A stretch of 54,341 nt of DNA, taken from sequence record SRR20825019_907, one strand, 5' to 3'. The position numbers and the translations under genes were made by a program. Shown here in pieces: positions 36,387 through 46,346 of this stretch. The notes below the pieces were generated by a model. The model did not search any database. It saw nothing but the letters and a program-made list of their open reading frames with translations, and was not told the origin of the DNA. How positions within the stretch are numbered: position 1 is the stretch's first letter; each line of letters starts with the position of its first letter.

Positions 36387-37085
36387 ATGCAAGAAAAACA
36401 AGCTTCCTTTTCTATAAAAAACTGGGCCGATGATGATAGGCCAAGAGAAAAGTTAGTACAAAAAGGGAGTTTTGTACTTTCGGATGCCGAACTGATTGCT
36501 ATTTTAATTGGATCAGGAAGTAGGAACGAGAGCGCAGTGGAACTTTCCAAACGGATATTGGCTTCTGTGGACAATAACCTCAATGAGCTCGGAAAGTTAT
36601 CGGTAAACCAGTTGATGCGCTTTAAAGGAATTGGCGAGGCCAAGGCCGTAACAATTGCCGCAGCATTGGAGATGGGTAGGCGCAGACGATCGGAGGATAC
36701 TTCCAAAATAATCAAAATACAGAGCAGTCACGATGCTTTTGAGTTGCTATACCCACTGATTGGCGAACTTCCGCACGAGGAGTTCTGGATTGTTTACCTG
36801 AACAATTCAAACAAAGTTGTCCATAAAGCACAGCTGAGCAAAGGGGGCATTACAGGAACTTTGGTAGATGTTAGGCTTGTCCTAAAACAAGCATTGGAGC
36901 TTGGGGCTGTGGGTATTATTTTGGCACACAACCACCCTTCAGGGACATTGGCACCAAGTGCTGCGGACAAACAAATAACAAAAAAATTGAAAGTGGCATC
37001 AGAAGCTCTGGATATAAAAATATTGGATCATTTAATCTTGGCCCAACACCAATATTTGAGCTTTGCCGATAAAGGAATACTGTAG
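36387..37085 (+). CDS. radC: RadC family JAB-domain protein (long chromosomal form)
   Basis: DDRPREKL, LSDAELIAIL, HhH GIGEAKA, AHNHPSG...PS.AD, LDH. Confidence 0.93.
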   Translation: MQEKQASFSIKNWADDDRPREKLVQKGSFVLSDAELIAILIGSGSRNESAVELSKRILASVDNNLNELGKLSVNQLMRFKGIGEAKAVTIAAALEMGRRRRSEDTSKIIKIQSSHDAFELLYPLIGELPHEEFWIVYLNNSNKVVHKAQLSKGGITGTLVDVRLVLKQALELGAVGIILAHNHPSGTLAPSAADKQITKKLKVASEALDIKILDHLILAQHQYLSFADKGIL

Positions 37086-37088
37086 TCC

Positions 37089-38384
37089 ATGTTGTTGATT
37101 TTTACACATAAGGTAACCAATCGATTGACCTATACGGCCAAACAGATTTTTGAAAAAATCTTGGGCGTGGAGATGGGTTTTACAACAAAGGTCGAGGAGT
37201 TCATCAAACATAATGGGCCTAAAATGACGTATTCCAAACAACCACTGCAGAACGAATTCTTTATTCGAAGCAATGATCTTTTGTTTGAGCAAGGCATCAA
37301 TGATTTAGAGGTGAGGGTATCAGATTGGGACGGGCTTCCCTGTTTTTTTTCAGCTGGGGATAAAAGCACTGTTCCCTTTGATATTTTTTCGGCAAGTTTC
37401 TTTCTTTTGAGCAGGTACGAAGAATATTTGCCCCATGTTAAGGACAGTGTGGGCAGGTTCCCTGTGAAGGAAAGTATAGCTTATCAGAATGACTTTTTGG
37501 AGCTTCCCGTGGTAGACCTTTGGGCCTACAAATTATTGGAGGCCTTAAAGGATAGGTTCCCGGATTTGGAAAATAAGGAAAAGGACTATCGTTTTACCTC
37601 GATTATAAATGTTACAACTTCACATGCGTATGCCATGAGAGGGATTGCCCGTAGTATAGGAGGGCTTTTATTGGATTTGGGGAATTTTAGGTTCAGGGAT
37701 GTCTTGAATCGCTTTTCGGTGATGATGAGACTCAAAAAAGACCCTTATGACAATTTTTTCGAGTTGGTGGATATCCATAAAAAGTTTCCCATTAAAACCA
37801 TGTTCTTTTTTCAGTTTGCAAAGCATTCGGCACACGATAAAAACGTATCCACCAATAATAACAAATTTCGCTATTTGATCAAATCCGTAGCTGATTATAG
37901 TATTGTTTCCTTGAGTACCTCGTTTATATCATCTTATGACAAAAATGTGCTCCGGGAGGAAAAGAAACAATTGGGCAACTTAATCAATAGACCCATCAGC
38001 TATGCCCGGTTGCGTTATAATAAAGTAAATGTTCCCGCGACCTACAGGAATTTGGTGGAAACGGAGTTCACGGATGACTTTTCTATGGGCTACACCCACG
38101 AAATTGGTTTCAGGGCAGGTACTTGCACGCCTTTTTATTTTTACGACATCAATACAGAGGTGAGACAACCCATTAAGATCCATCCGTTTGCCATGCACGA
38201 CTATGCTTTGGTAAAGTACAAGAGCAAGGAAGAAGTATACGAGAAAATGGATAAGGTATACCGATTGGTAAAACAGGTCAAGGGCGACTTTATTTTTGTA
38301 TTCTCAAATGAGCTCTTGGGAGGAAAGCAGCATTTGGATTGGATGGAGCTGTATCAATCCCTTTTAAAGAGATACTATGTTTGA
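37089..38384 (+). CDS. Polysaccharide-deacetylase-like protein, apparently degenerate
   Basis: PFDIFSASFFLLSRYEEY, P.VDLW, DPYD, D.SMGY...GFRAGTCTPFYFYD motifs. Confidence 0.7.
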   Translation: MLLIFTHKVTNRLTYTAKQIFEKILGVEMGFTTKVEEFIKHNGPKMTYSKQPLQNEFFIRSNDLLFEQGINDLEVRVSDWDGLPCFFSAGDKSTVPFDIFSASFFLLSRYEEYLPHVKDSVGRFPVKESIAYQNDFLELPVVDLWAYKLLEALKDRFPDLENKEKDYRFTSIINVTTSHAYAMRGIARSIGGLLLDLGNFRFRDVLNRFSVMMRLKKDPYDNFFELVDIHKKFPIKTMFFFQFAKHSAHDKNVSTNNNKFRYLIKSVADYSIVSLSTSFISSYDKNVLREEKKQLGNLINRPISYARLRYNKVNVPATYRNLVETEFTDDFSMGYTHEIGFRAGTCTPFYFYDINTEVRQPIKIHPFAMHDYALVKYKSKEEVYEKMDKVYRLVKQVKGDFIFVFSNELLGGKQHLDWMELYQSLLKRYYV

Positions 38385-39066
38385 TCATAAAGTAACCGAT
38401 GTTTTTTTTGATTTGGACCACACTTTATGGGATTTTGAAAAAAACTCGGCATTGACCTTCGCCAAAATTTTGGTTGAAAATAAGCTCAACGTAGATTTGG
38501 ACGACTTCTTAGAGGTTTATGCCCCCATCAACATGCAAATGTGGGCATTGTACCGGCAGAATGGAATTGGAAAGTCCGAGCTAAGGTACCAGCGTTTAAA
38601 ACAAACATTTGATAGGCTCGGGGAACATGTGCCAGACGAAATCATAGACGTATTGTCCCACGAATATATCGCCCACCTATCATCTTTCAACCATTTATTG
38701 CCCAATACCCTGGAAACTTTGGAATATCTTTTTCCAAAATACAAGTTGCACATTATAACCAATGGATTTCAGGAGGTACAGACCAAAAAGTTGAGAGGAA
38801 GTGGAATCCATCATTATTTTCAAAAAATAATTGATTCAGAAATGGCCGGTGTTAAAAAACCGGACCCCTACATTTTTCAAATGGCATTGGAACAGGCAAA
38901 GGTAAAGCCCCAGAACTCTTTGATGATAGGGGATAATCTCGAAGCCGATATTTTAGGGGCAAAAGCCTTGGGGATGCAAGTGCTGCACTATAATTTTCAC
39001 AAAGAATCCAATCATGGAGAATGCACCATGATTCACGACCTTATTGAAATAAAAAACATTTTATAG
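38377..39066 (+). CDS. YjjG family HAD pyrimidine nucleotidase
   Basis: FFDLDHTLWDF, ITNGF, KKP, MIGDNLEADILGA. Confidence 0.92.
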   Translation: MFDHKVTDVFFDLDHTLWDFEKNSALTFAKILVENKLNVDLDDFLEVYAPINMQMWALYRQNGIGKSELRYQRLKQTFDRLGEHVPDEIIDVLSHEYIAHLSSFNHLLPNTLETLEYLFPKYKLHIITNGFQEVQTKKLRGSGIHHYFQKIIDSEMAGVKKPDPYIFQMALEQAKVKPQNSLMIGDNLEADILGAKALGMQVLHYNFHKESNHGECTMIHDLIEIKNIL

Positions 39067-39120
39067 AGTTATATTACAAGTGGCAAACCCCACTTTTGAC
39101 ACTGGGAAATGTTTTTGGCT

Positions 39121-39672
39121 ATGAGAAAATTACTGTATTCCACTCTCTGGATCACAGGTTTATTGTGTTGCACCATATCCTGTATGGAAGAGCAAGATTT
39201 TGATCAGTTTGATGATTTAAGGGTGACCCCGACCTTGTCCTCAGGGATTTTTTATTTGGAATCCGATGAGGAGACCATAAATTTAGCAGGGCCATTGGGC
39301 TCTTTTTATTTTCAAGAGGTCACTTTTGAAGCGTTTAACGAGCAGTATGTAGCAGAGCGTTTAATCGAAGGCACAATAACCTATCAAATACAAAACACCA
39401 CAAGCAAAAGGCTTCGCATAGTCATTGAATTTTTGAATGAAGATGGAAGGGTGTTGGATGTCGCGAGGTTTGATATCGAGGCCAATAGTCCGGATATTGT
39501 GGAGTATCCAGTCTTTTATGGGGCAGGAGGCAAGAACATAAATATATTATCCAGTACAAAAAGTCTTCGGGTTATAGCGGATAATCTAAGTGTTGGTTCA
39601 AGTGTTTCTGCAAATCCTGATGCAAGGATTATATTTCGCTCTGGAGCTGAATTTTTATTTCAACTACAATGA
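39121..39672 (+). CDS. Hypothetical lipoprotein
   Basis: TISC lipobox after a hydrophobic signal; overlaps the next gene's start; start at 39109 or 39121. Confidence 0.75.
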   Translation: MRKLLYSTLWITGLLCCTISCMEEQDFDQFDDLRVTPTLSSGIFYLESDEETINLAGPLGSFYFQEVTFEAFNEQYVAERLIEGTITYQIQNTTSKRLRIVIEFLNEDGRVLDVARFDIEANSPDIVEYPVFYGAGGKNINILSSTKSLRVIADNLSVGSSVSANPDARIIFRSGAEFLFQLQ

Positions 39673-41132
39673 GTATGGCCCTAAGATTTATCCTGATAAC
39701 ACTTTTTGTATACGCCACCGGATTTGCCCAGAACAAGGAGGTATTGTACGATTTTTATGAGATTCCCCAATCTTTGATGGTCAATCCAGGAGTCAAGACC
39801 TCGCAGAAATGGCATGCAGGTATTCCTGTTTTGTCAGGTCTGTCCGTGCAAGGGGCCACCAGTGGAGTTACCGTGAACGACCTTTTTGCAAATGATGGGG
39901 TGGACTTTACCACCAAGGTGCAAGAGCGATTGTTGTCGGTTATGACCGATAGAGATGATTTTAGCACTACAAGTCAGATAGAGGCATTTACTGTAGGGTT
40001 CAGGGGCAAAAACAGACCGGATGATTACTATTCCTTTGGAATGTATGGCGAAATGGACATTATTTCCTACTGGCCCAAGGACTTGGCCATTTTGGCTTTT
40101 GAAGGTAATGGAGGAGCAAATTTGGGTAGAAGTTTTGATTTAGGCGACCTAAATCTTCGTGGTGAAATGGTCAATGTGCTTCATTTTGGCATCAATAGAA
40201 AAGTAAATGAGAATCTTACGATTGGAGGAAGAGCCAAAATATATTCCAGTATTTTTCAGTTTCAATCCATAAACAATTCAGGGTCATTTGTTACAAGGGA
40301 AGGACAGAACAATGTCTACGAAAGTGCCATCAGTGCAGATATGCAGTTACAAACGGCCGGTGTAAAAGGTTTTTATGATATCATCGAAGAGGATACGGGA
40401 ACTACGAAAAAGGATGTAAAAAGCCTGTTTACGGAAAGGACGCTGTTGGGCGGAAACCTGGGTTTTGGTGTTGATGTTGGTTTTAGTTATAATTTAAATC
40501 TGCAGACGACCATTACAGCTAGTGTTTTGGATCTTGGATTTATCAGTAACTCAAAAGATGTTTGGAACTATGTTTTTGCAGGTAGCACCACTACAGACGG
40601 TATATCTATTGTGCTTCCAGAGGATATCGACGACGTGGACAATGACAAATGGCAAGAACTAATAGATGAAATCGATGCGGCATTGCCACACGGTGAAAAC
40701 CAGGCCAGCTATATCTCTTGGAGGCCAGTGAAGGTTTACGGTTCCGTTAGATACGATTTTGGACAGGGCGGAACCGGCAGAATTTTTGATAATTGCGGTT
40801 GCGCCGTTAACAGCGGCGGAATGTCAAGTACTTCCGACTATTACCGCAACAGTGTCGGCGGACAATTGTTCATGATAAAAAGACCAAAGGGGGTCCAAGC
40901 TGCATTGACCGGTTTTTATCAAAGACGTTTTGGTCGTGTACTTTCATTAAAAGGTACGTATACCGTGGATAAATATTCCTTTACAAATATAGGTTTGGGC
41001 GCAAATTTTCAGATGGGTCCCGTAAACTTTTATGTGCTGGCGGACAATCTTCTAAGCTACTCCAATATTGCGGACAGCCACTATGCTTCTTTACAGTTCG
41101 GATTTAATATTATATCTTGGAACGGTAATTGA
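39669..41132 (+). CDS. DUF5723-type outer-membrane beta-barrel protein
   Basis: Signal peptide, PQSLMVNPG, NLGFGVDVGFSY, SVLDLGFI, terminal LQFGFNII strand. Confidence 0.72.
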   Translation: MSMALRFILITLFVYATGFAQNKEVLYDFYEIPQSLMVNPGVKTSQKWHAGIPVLSGLSVQGATSGVTVNDLFANDGVDFTTKVQERLLSVMTDRDDFSTTSQIEAFTVGFRGKNRPDDYYSFGMYGEMDIISYWPKDLAILAFEGNGGANLGRSFDLGDLNLRGEMVNVLHFGINRKVNENLTIGGRAKIYSSIFQFQSINNSGSFVTREGQNNVYESAISADMQLQTAGVKGFYDIIEEDTGTTKKDVKSLFTERTLLGGNLGFGVDVGFSYNLNLQTTITASVLDLGFISNSKDVWNYVFAGSTTTDGISIVLPEDIDDVDNDKWQELIDEIDAALPHGENQASYISWRPVKVYGSVRYDFGQGGTGRIFDNCGCAVNSGGMSSTSDYYRNSVGGQLFMIKRPKGVQAALTGFYQRRFGRVLSLKGTYTVDKYSFTNIGLGANFQMGPVNFYVLADNLLSYSNIADSHYASLQFGFNIISWNGN

Positions 41133-41145
41133 GTATCTTTGATAT

Positions 41146-41985
41146 ATGAAACATAAAGTATTGTACATATTGCTTTTTGCAATGGGATTGAACACAGTGG
41201 TAAATGCTCAGTTGAACGATTACAAATATATCATTGTGCCCAAGAAGTTTGATGCATTTAAATCGGTGAATGAATACCAGACCAGCACTTTGGTCAAATA
41301 TTTTTTTGAACAAAATGGCTTTAATCCCGTTTATGATGATGCACTCCCAATGGATTTGGCAGGCAACAGGTGTTTGGGGCTATTGGCCAATTTGGAGGAT
41401 GGTTCCAATATGTTTACCACAAAAGTTACAATCACCCTAAAGGATTGTAACAATGTTGAAATATTTAGGTCTGTTGAAGGAATTAGCAAGATCAAGGAAT
41501 ACGATAAGGCATACAAAGATGCTATTCAAAAAGCATTTATCTCTTTTGCTGGAATGGATTACAGCTATGTGCCGCATGAGCAGGAGAAAAAAGAATCAGC
41601 GACGGTTACCCTCAATTTTAAGGACGATGTAAAATCAGTTCAAGAAGATTCAAAGGAGCATATTATTGAGCAAAAATCGACTACAGAGGAGCAAGTTTAC
41701 AAAGCTGTGGAACCGAAACCATCATCTATTGTAAGAGCCGCCGAAAAGCAATCGTCTGAGTTGCCAACCGAGGTTTTGTATGCACAGCCGACCGATTTTG
41801 GCTATCAACTCGTGGATAGCACACCAAAGGTTGTGTTGAAGTTGCAGGAAACTTCCATGGACAACGTATTTATGACCGATTTTAATGGCAACAATGCAGT
41901 AGTCTTCCAAAAGGATGGCAAGTGGTTGTTGGAGTATTCTGAAAACGGCGAAAAAGTTCAGAAAGAACTAGATATCAAGTTCTAG
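41146..41985 (+). CDS. Conserved hypothetical secreted protein
   Basis: LNDYKYIIVPKKFD, LKDC (paired Cys), LYAQP..GYQLVDSTPKVV, C-terminal IKF. Confidence 0.75.
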   Translation: MKHKVLYILLFAMGLNTVVNAQLNDYKYIIVPKKFDAFKSVNEYQTSTLVKYFFEQNGFNPVYDDALPMDLAGNRCLGLLANLEDGSNMFTTKVTITLKDCNNVEIFRSVEGISKIKEYDKAYKDAIQKAFISFAGMDYSYVPHEQEKKESATVTLNFKDDVKSVQEDSKEHIIEQKSTTEEQVYKAVEPKPSSIVRAAEKQSSELPTEVLYAQPTDFGYQLVDSTPKVVLKLQETSMDNVFMTDFNGNNAVVFQKDGKWLLEYSENGEKVQKELDIKF

Positions 41986-43259
41986 AAATCATACTTGTTC
42001 TTCCATCTTTTTTTTAGGAAATCCTTCATGGCATTTTCTCTCGGGTTGTTCCCAGGTCTATAGAAAGAGGTACCTGAAATTTCTTCCGGGAGAAATTCAA
42101 AATCCACAAAATTGTTTTCGTAGTCATGCGCGTATGCATATCCTTTTCCATAGCCCAGGTCTTTCATTAATTTAGTTGGAGCATTCCTTAAAGGAATAGG
42201 CACAGATAGATCCCCGGTCTGACGAACTTTTTGTTGCGCTTCGTTAATGGCCATGTAGCTGGCATTGCTTTTGGGCGAACTGGCTAAATAAGTAGCGCAT
42301 TGGCTCAAAATTATCCTGGCCTCTGGGTATCCTATCGTTGTTACGGATTGGAAAGTGGTATTGGCCATTACAAGTGCAGTAGGATTGGCGTTTCCTATAT
42401 CTTCGGATGCCAATATGATCATTCTACGGGCAATGAATTTTACATCTTCGCCTCCTTCAATCATACGGGCCAACCAATAAACAGCGGCGTTTGGGTCGCT
42501 TCCACGAACACTTTTAATAAAGGCTGAAACAATATCGTAATGTTGTTCCCCGGTTTTATCATACCGAACCGTGTTGCTTTGGACCTTGTTAAGTACCAGC
42601 TCATTGGTGATTACAATTTTTTCACTTGGTTCGGAATTAACGATTAGCTCAAAGATATTGAGCAATTTGCGGCCATCTCCTCCCGATAAGCGCAGCAGGG
42701 CATCCGTTTCTTTAAGTTCAATGTCTTTTTTGGAAAGCAAGGTGTCGGTCTCGATGGCGCGCTCCAAGAGTGCTACAAGGTCGTCTTTTCCAAAGGAATT
42801 CAAAGTATAGACTTGGCAGCGCGACAAAAGTGCAGGAATTACCTCAAAACTCGGGTTCTCGGTAGTTGCACCAACAAGTGTCACCCAACCTTTTTCCACC
42901 GCAGCGAGCAAAGAATCCTGCTGTGACTTGCTAAATCGGTGAATCTCGTCAATAAAAAGAATGGGGTTTTTAGATGTAAACAGGCCACCACTTTGTTTGG
43001 CTTTGTCAATCACCTCTCGGACATCTTTTACGCCGCTACTAATTGCACTCAAAGTATAAAATGGCCTTTGGCTTTCCGTTGCGATTATATTGGCCAAGGT
43101 GGTTTTTCCTGTTCCGGGCGGGCCCCAAAAAATCAATGAGGGGATTACTCCACTTTTAATTTGATTGGTCAAAGCGCCCTGCTTCCCCACCAAATGTTGC
43201 TGACTGATATAATCCTCTAAAGTTTTCGGACGTATGCGTTCTGCCAAAGGTTCGTTCAT
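41982..43259 (-). CDS. rarA: Replication-associated recombination protein A (MgsA)
   Basis: [50 protein letters not shown]. Confidence 0.95.
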   Translation of the reverse strand: MNEPLAERIRPKTLEDYISQQHLVGKQGALTNQIKSGVIPSLIFWGPPGTGKTTLANIIATESQRPFYTLSAISSGVKDVREVIDKAKQSGGLFTSKNPILFIDEIHRFSKSQQDSLLAAVEKGWVTLVGATTENPSFEVIPALLSRCQVYTLNSFGKDDLVALLERAIETDTLLSKKDIELKETDALLRLSGGDGRKLLNIFELIVNSEPSEKIVITNELVLNKVQSNTVRYDKTGEQHYDIVSAFIKSVRGSDPNAAVYWLARMIEGGEDVKFIARRMIILASEDIGNANPTALVMANTTFQSVTTIGYPEARIILSQCATYLASSPKSNASYMAINEAQQKVRQTGDLSVPIPLRNAPTKLMKDLGYGKGYAYAHDYENNFVDFEFLPEEISGTSFYRPGNNPRENAMKDFLKKRWKNKYDF

Positions 43260-43379
43260 ACATCAAAAATAAAATAAATTTGATGGTCCGTTGTTCTTAA
43301 AAGAGGAAGGATTTTCATCTGCCACCTGACAATTTGTATAATTTTAATGTTATGGCGGGATGTTTGATTTTGTGACCGT

Positions 43380-44102
43380 ATGAGTTCAGATTCGCTTAAA
43401 TTCTCTAATTCAGTTATAGTAGCGCCCCTAGTGGCGGTATTGTCCATTTGGATTGTATTCTGGGTAGAGATGCAATTGGGCATCAATTTGAACGAGTACG
43501 GTGTATATCCTCGCAGATTATCGGGCCTGCAAGGAGTATTCTTCAGTCCGTTTATCCATGGTTCCATTGAACATTTATACAACAATACCATTCCTCTGGC
43601 GGTGTTGACGGCATTTCTGTTCTATTTTTATAGGAGTGCGGCCCTTCGGGTTTTGTTGATCGGGGCTCTGGTTTCGGGGTTGTTGACGTGGGCAATAGCC
43701 AGACCATCTTATCATATTGGGGCAAGTGGGGTTATTTACTTATTGGCCAGTTTTATATTTTTTAAAGGAATTTTGGCCAAGAATTATCGTTTGGTCGCCC
43801 TGTCGTTGGTTGTGGTGTTCATATATGGCAGTATGATCTGGTATATATTCCCGGTCAAGGACGGTATTTCGTGGGAAGGCCATTTGGCGGGTTTTTTCAC
43901 CGGATTGGTACTTGCTTTTGTTACTAAAATCCAAGTTCCAGAGGTTCGGAAATATGATTGGGAACGAGAAGATTATAGGGAAGAGGATGACCCTTTCCTA
44001 AAACATTTTGATGCTAACGGCAATTTCATCGAGAGTACACCAGAAGAGCCTGAAGAAAAAATAGAAATCAAATATCACTATAAAAAGTTGGACGATGATT
44101 AG
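43380..44102 (+). CDS. Rhomboid family intramembrane serine protease
   Basis: HGSIEHLYNN, HIGASG (Ser), SWEGHLAG (His). Confidence 0.92.
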   Translation: MSSDSLKFSNSVIVAPLVAVLSIWIVFWVEMQLGINLNEYGVYPRRLSGLQGVFFSPFIHGSIEHLYNNTIPLAVLTAFLFYFYRSAALRVLLIGALVSGLLTWAIARPSYHIGASGVIYLLASFIFFKGILAKNYRLVALSLVVVFIYGSMIWYIFPVKDGISWEGHLAGFFTGLVLAFVTKIQVPEVRKYDWEREDYREEDDPFLKHFDANGNFIESTPEEPEEKIEIKYHYKKLDDD

Positions 44103-44833
44103 CTTCTCCTTTGTCGAACAACTTCGTAAAGAAAAACACCGCAGGCTACCGAAACATTCAATGAACCAATTTTTCCCATGAGGGGCAATTTGGCCTGATG
44201 GTCTATGATGCTGAGGGTAGAAGGGGAGATACCTTTTTCCTCCGAACCCATTATAATTGCGGTAGGTTGGTTAAAATCGACACCATAAATCTCGTCATCG
44301 GCTTTCTCGGTAGCTCCAGTAACGACAATTCCAGAAGATTGCAGGTAAAAAATAGCATCTTTTAAGTGGTCTACCTTTGCGATGGGGACATTAAAGGCAG
44401 CCCCGGCAGATGTTTTTACCGTATCGTCCGTTATGGGGGCGGCCCCACTTTTAGGAACAATGATTCCGTGAACGCCACAACATTCAGCGGTACGTATAAT
44501 GGCACCAAAATTTCTCACATCGGATACACCGTCAAGCATTAGAAGTAGAGGAGTCTCTTCTTTATTGAGTACTTGTTCAACCAATTCTTCAAACTGATGG
44601 AATTCCACAGGGGAAATTTGAGCGACGGCGCCTTGATGGTTATTATTGCGGGTAAGGCGGTTCAGCTTTTCAACAGGAACGTAGGATAGGCCGATGCCGC
44701 TTTTACGTGCAGAAGACTCTAATTCTTTGTAAAGATCACCTTTAAGACCTTTTTGAATAAATATCTTATTGATAGGTTGCCCGGCGTTAATCGCTTCTAT
44801 GACTGCCCTTATACCGTAGATTTGACTGCTCAT
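44099..44833 (-). CDS. rlmB: 23S rRNA Gm2251 2'-O-methyltransferase
   Basis: IYGIRAVIEA, NHQG, DVRNFGAIIRTA, GSEEKG, SLNVSVA; ATG 44833. Confidence 0.94.
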   Translation of the reverse strand: MSSQIYGIRAVIEAINAGQPINKIFIQKGLKGDLYKELESSARKSGIGLSYVPVEKLNRLTRNNNHQGAVAQISPVEFHQFEELVEQVLNKEETPLLLMLDGVSDVRNFGAIIRTAECCGVHGIIVPKSGAAPITDDTVKTSAGAAFNVPIAKVDHLKDAIFYLQSSGIVVTGATEKADDEIYGVDFNQPTAIIMGSEEKGISPSTLSIIDHQAKLPLMGKIGSLNVSVACGVFLYEVVRQRRS

Positions 44834-44927
44834 TATATATTGCAATTGATTTGCAAAGATGCAATAAAGAAACTTATAAGCATTTTAATGGAAGATCAAT
44901 TTTTTAAAAGTACTAACCAAATGAAGT

Positions 44928-46316
44928 TTATAGTCCAAGCTCCAATACTCCTGGGTCATCTTTGGCGTAATGGTACGATCTCCAAAAAAAGCCTTGTCCT
45001 GAGAACTTCCAAACGACTTCACCATCCATAGTTACCTCCCAAATGCCATAATCTCCTTCGGTTATCATCGTATTGCCATTGGGGAGTCTTACGGCGCCTG
45101 AAACCCTGTCTGCGAATAACTCAGGGTTTGAGAAGCTCCATGTAACTTGTGGCGCTGTATTTTGGGGTATTGATTGTTGGTAAAGCGCTTCAGGCAGTTC
45201 CATTTCGTAAACGGTCGACTGGCCCAATTCCCCTCCGTTTGAAAAAATCATGAATTTTCCTGGTTCAAATAGGTTGGGATGGTGGTTATTGTGGAACAAT
45301 CGTTCAGAATCTAAATCTCCATATGTGGTTGGGTTGCCAAATCTGTATACAAGGTCTCCACCTCGACCATAATTTCCTCCAGAATGTGCTGCAGCCGCAG
45401 AGGTATCTGTGCTGTGATCTATTACCCAGACTTCACTGTAAAAATTAACACTGAGGTATATTAAATCGTTAGCGGCATCGTAGTCAATTCCATTGATGTG
45501 CATAAGATTACCAGTATCGTTACTATTGAAGTTGATATCAATAAGCTGTGGATTGCCCGATACTGAACCAAAATTGGATTTAGTGTCATCTACATCTTGT
45601 ATGATGTGATCTATAGAATGCCATTCCCAAACAATTTGATCGTTGGTAGGGTCAATTTCAATGACCGATTCCAAATAAAGATCCATATTATGGGTAGAGC
45701 CATTTTCTGTGGCAGTCTCTTGAGGTATTCTTTCCCATGCAATGGCCAATATGTTTCCATTTGGCATCCTTTCGATATCATGATGCATCCTATGTTCGCT
45801 GGTGGCATAGACGAAATCCCAAAGAGAAGTCCCTTCTTTGTCCAAAATTTGAATTTGACCTCCATAACCTCCAAAGAGAATATCATTACTTTCATCATAT
45901 CTAAACGTGGCAAGGAGTGTTCCATCATCTTGGAGTACCGCGTCATTTCCAGTAGTTTTATCACCTAAATCCCATTCAAAGACAATATTTGCACTTTTGT
46001 CCATTAAATAAACAGCAGGGGCCAAAAGGTCGTTTACCAACACATAGCTATCACTAATTTGTTCCGAATCAATGATATTTGCCGTTCCAGTTTCTCCCTC
46101 AATAGTATTTTCATCGGTCTCTTCCGGTGTTTCTTCTGGTGTTTCCTCTTCTGGATCAGGGTTTTCAGTTTCTTCTGGTGTTTCTTCGCCAATTATGTCA
46201 GTAGATGTAGTATCATCATTGGAACAGGAGATTAGCAAAAGTGTTGAAAGGAAACAAATGCCCAGAATTTTGATATTGTTTGTATAAAGCCGGATTAGCA
46301 TAGTTCTCTTTTTCAT
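44928..46316 (-). CDS. Aryl-sulfate sulfotransferase-like lipoprotein
   Basis: LISC lipobox; HHDIERMPNGN, IVWEW, HINGIDY, IDHST, YRFGNP, SGAVRLPNGNT. Confidence 0.8.
   Translation of the reverse strand: MKKRTMLIRLYTNNIKILGICFLSTLLLISCSNDDTTSTDIIGEETPEETENPDPEEETPEETPEETDENTIEGETGTANIIDSEQISDSYVLVNDLLAPAVYLMDKSANIVFEWDLGDKTTGNDAVLQDDGTLLATFRYDESNDILFGGYGGQIQILDKEGTSLWDFVYATSEHRMHHDIERMPNGNILAIAWERIPQETATENGSTHNMDLYLESVIEIDPTNDQIVWEWHSIDHIIQDVDDTKSNFGSVSGNPQLIDINFNSNDTGNLMHINGIDYDAANDLIYLSVNFYSEVWVIDHSTDTSAAAAHSGGNYGRGGDLVYRFGNPTTYGDLDSERLFHNNHHPNLFEPGKFMIFSNGGELGQSTVYEMELPEALYQQSIPQNTAPQVTWSFSNPELFADRVSGAVRLPNGNTMITEGDYGIWEVTMDGEVVWKFSGQGFFWRSYHYAKDDPGVLELGL
46116..46187 (-). repeat. Acidic ETPE low-complexity linker repeats
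   Basis: 17-nt gtttcttctggtgtttc at 46129 and 46168; encodes EETPEETENPDPEEETPEETPEET. Confidence 0.75.
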
Positions 46317-46346
46317 GTTTTTTAGATATTGTTTCTGAGGGGTCTT

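Noticed and set aside
36387..37085. radC as a marker of a prophage or ICE
   Set aside because: It is the long HhH-containing form embedded in a housekeeping operon, with no mobility genes nearby.
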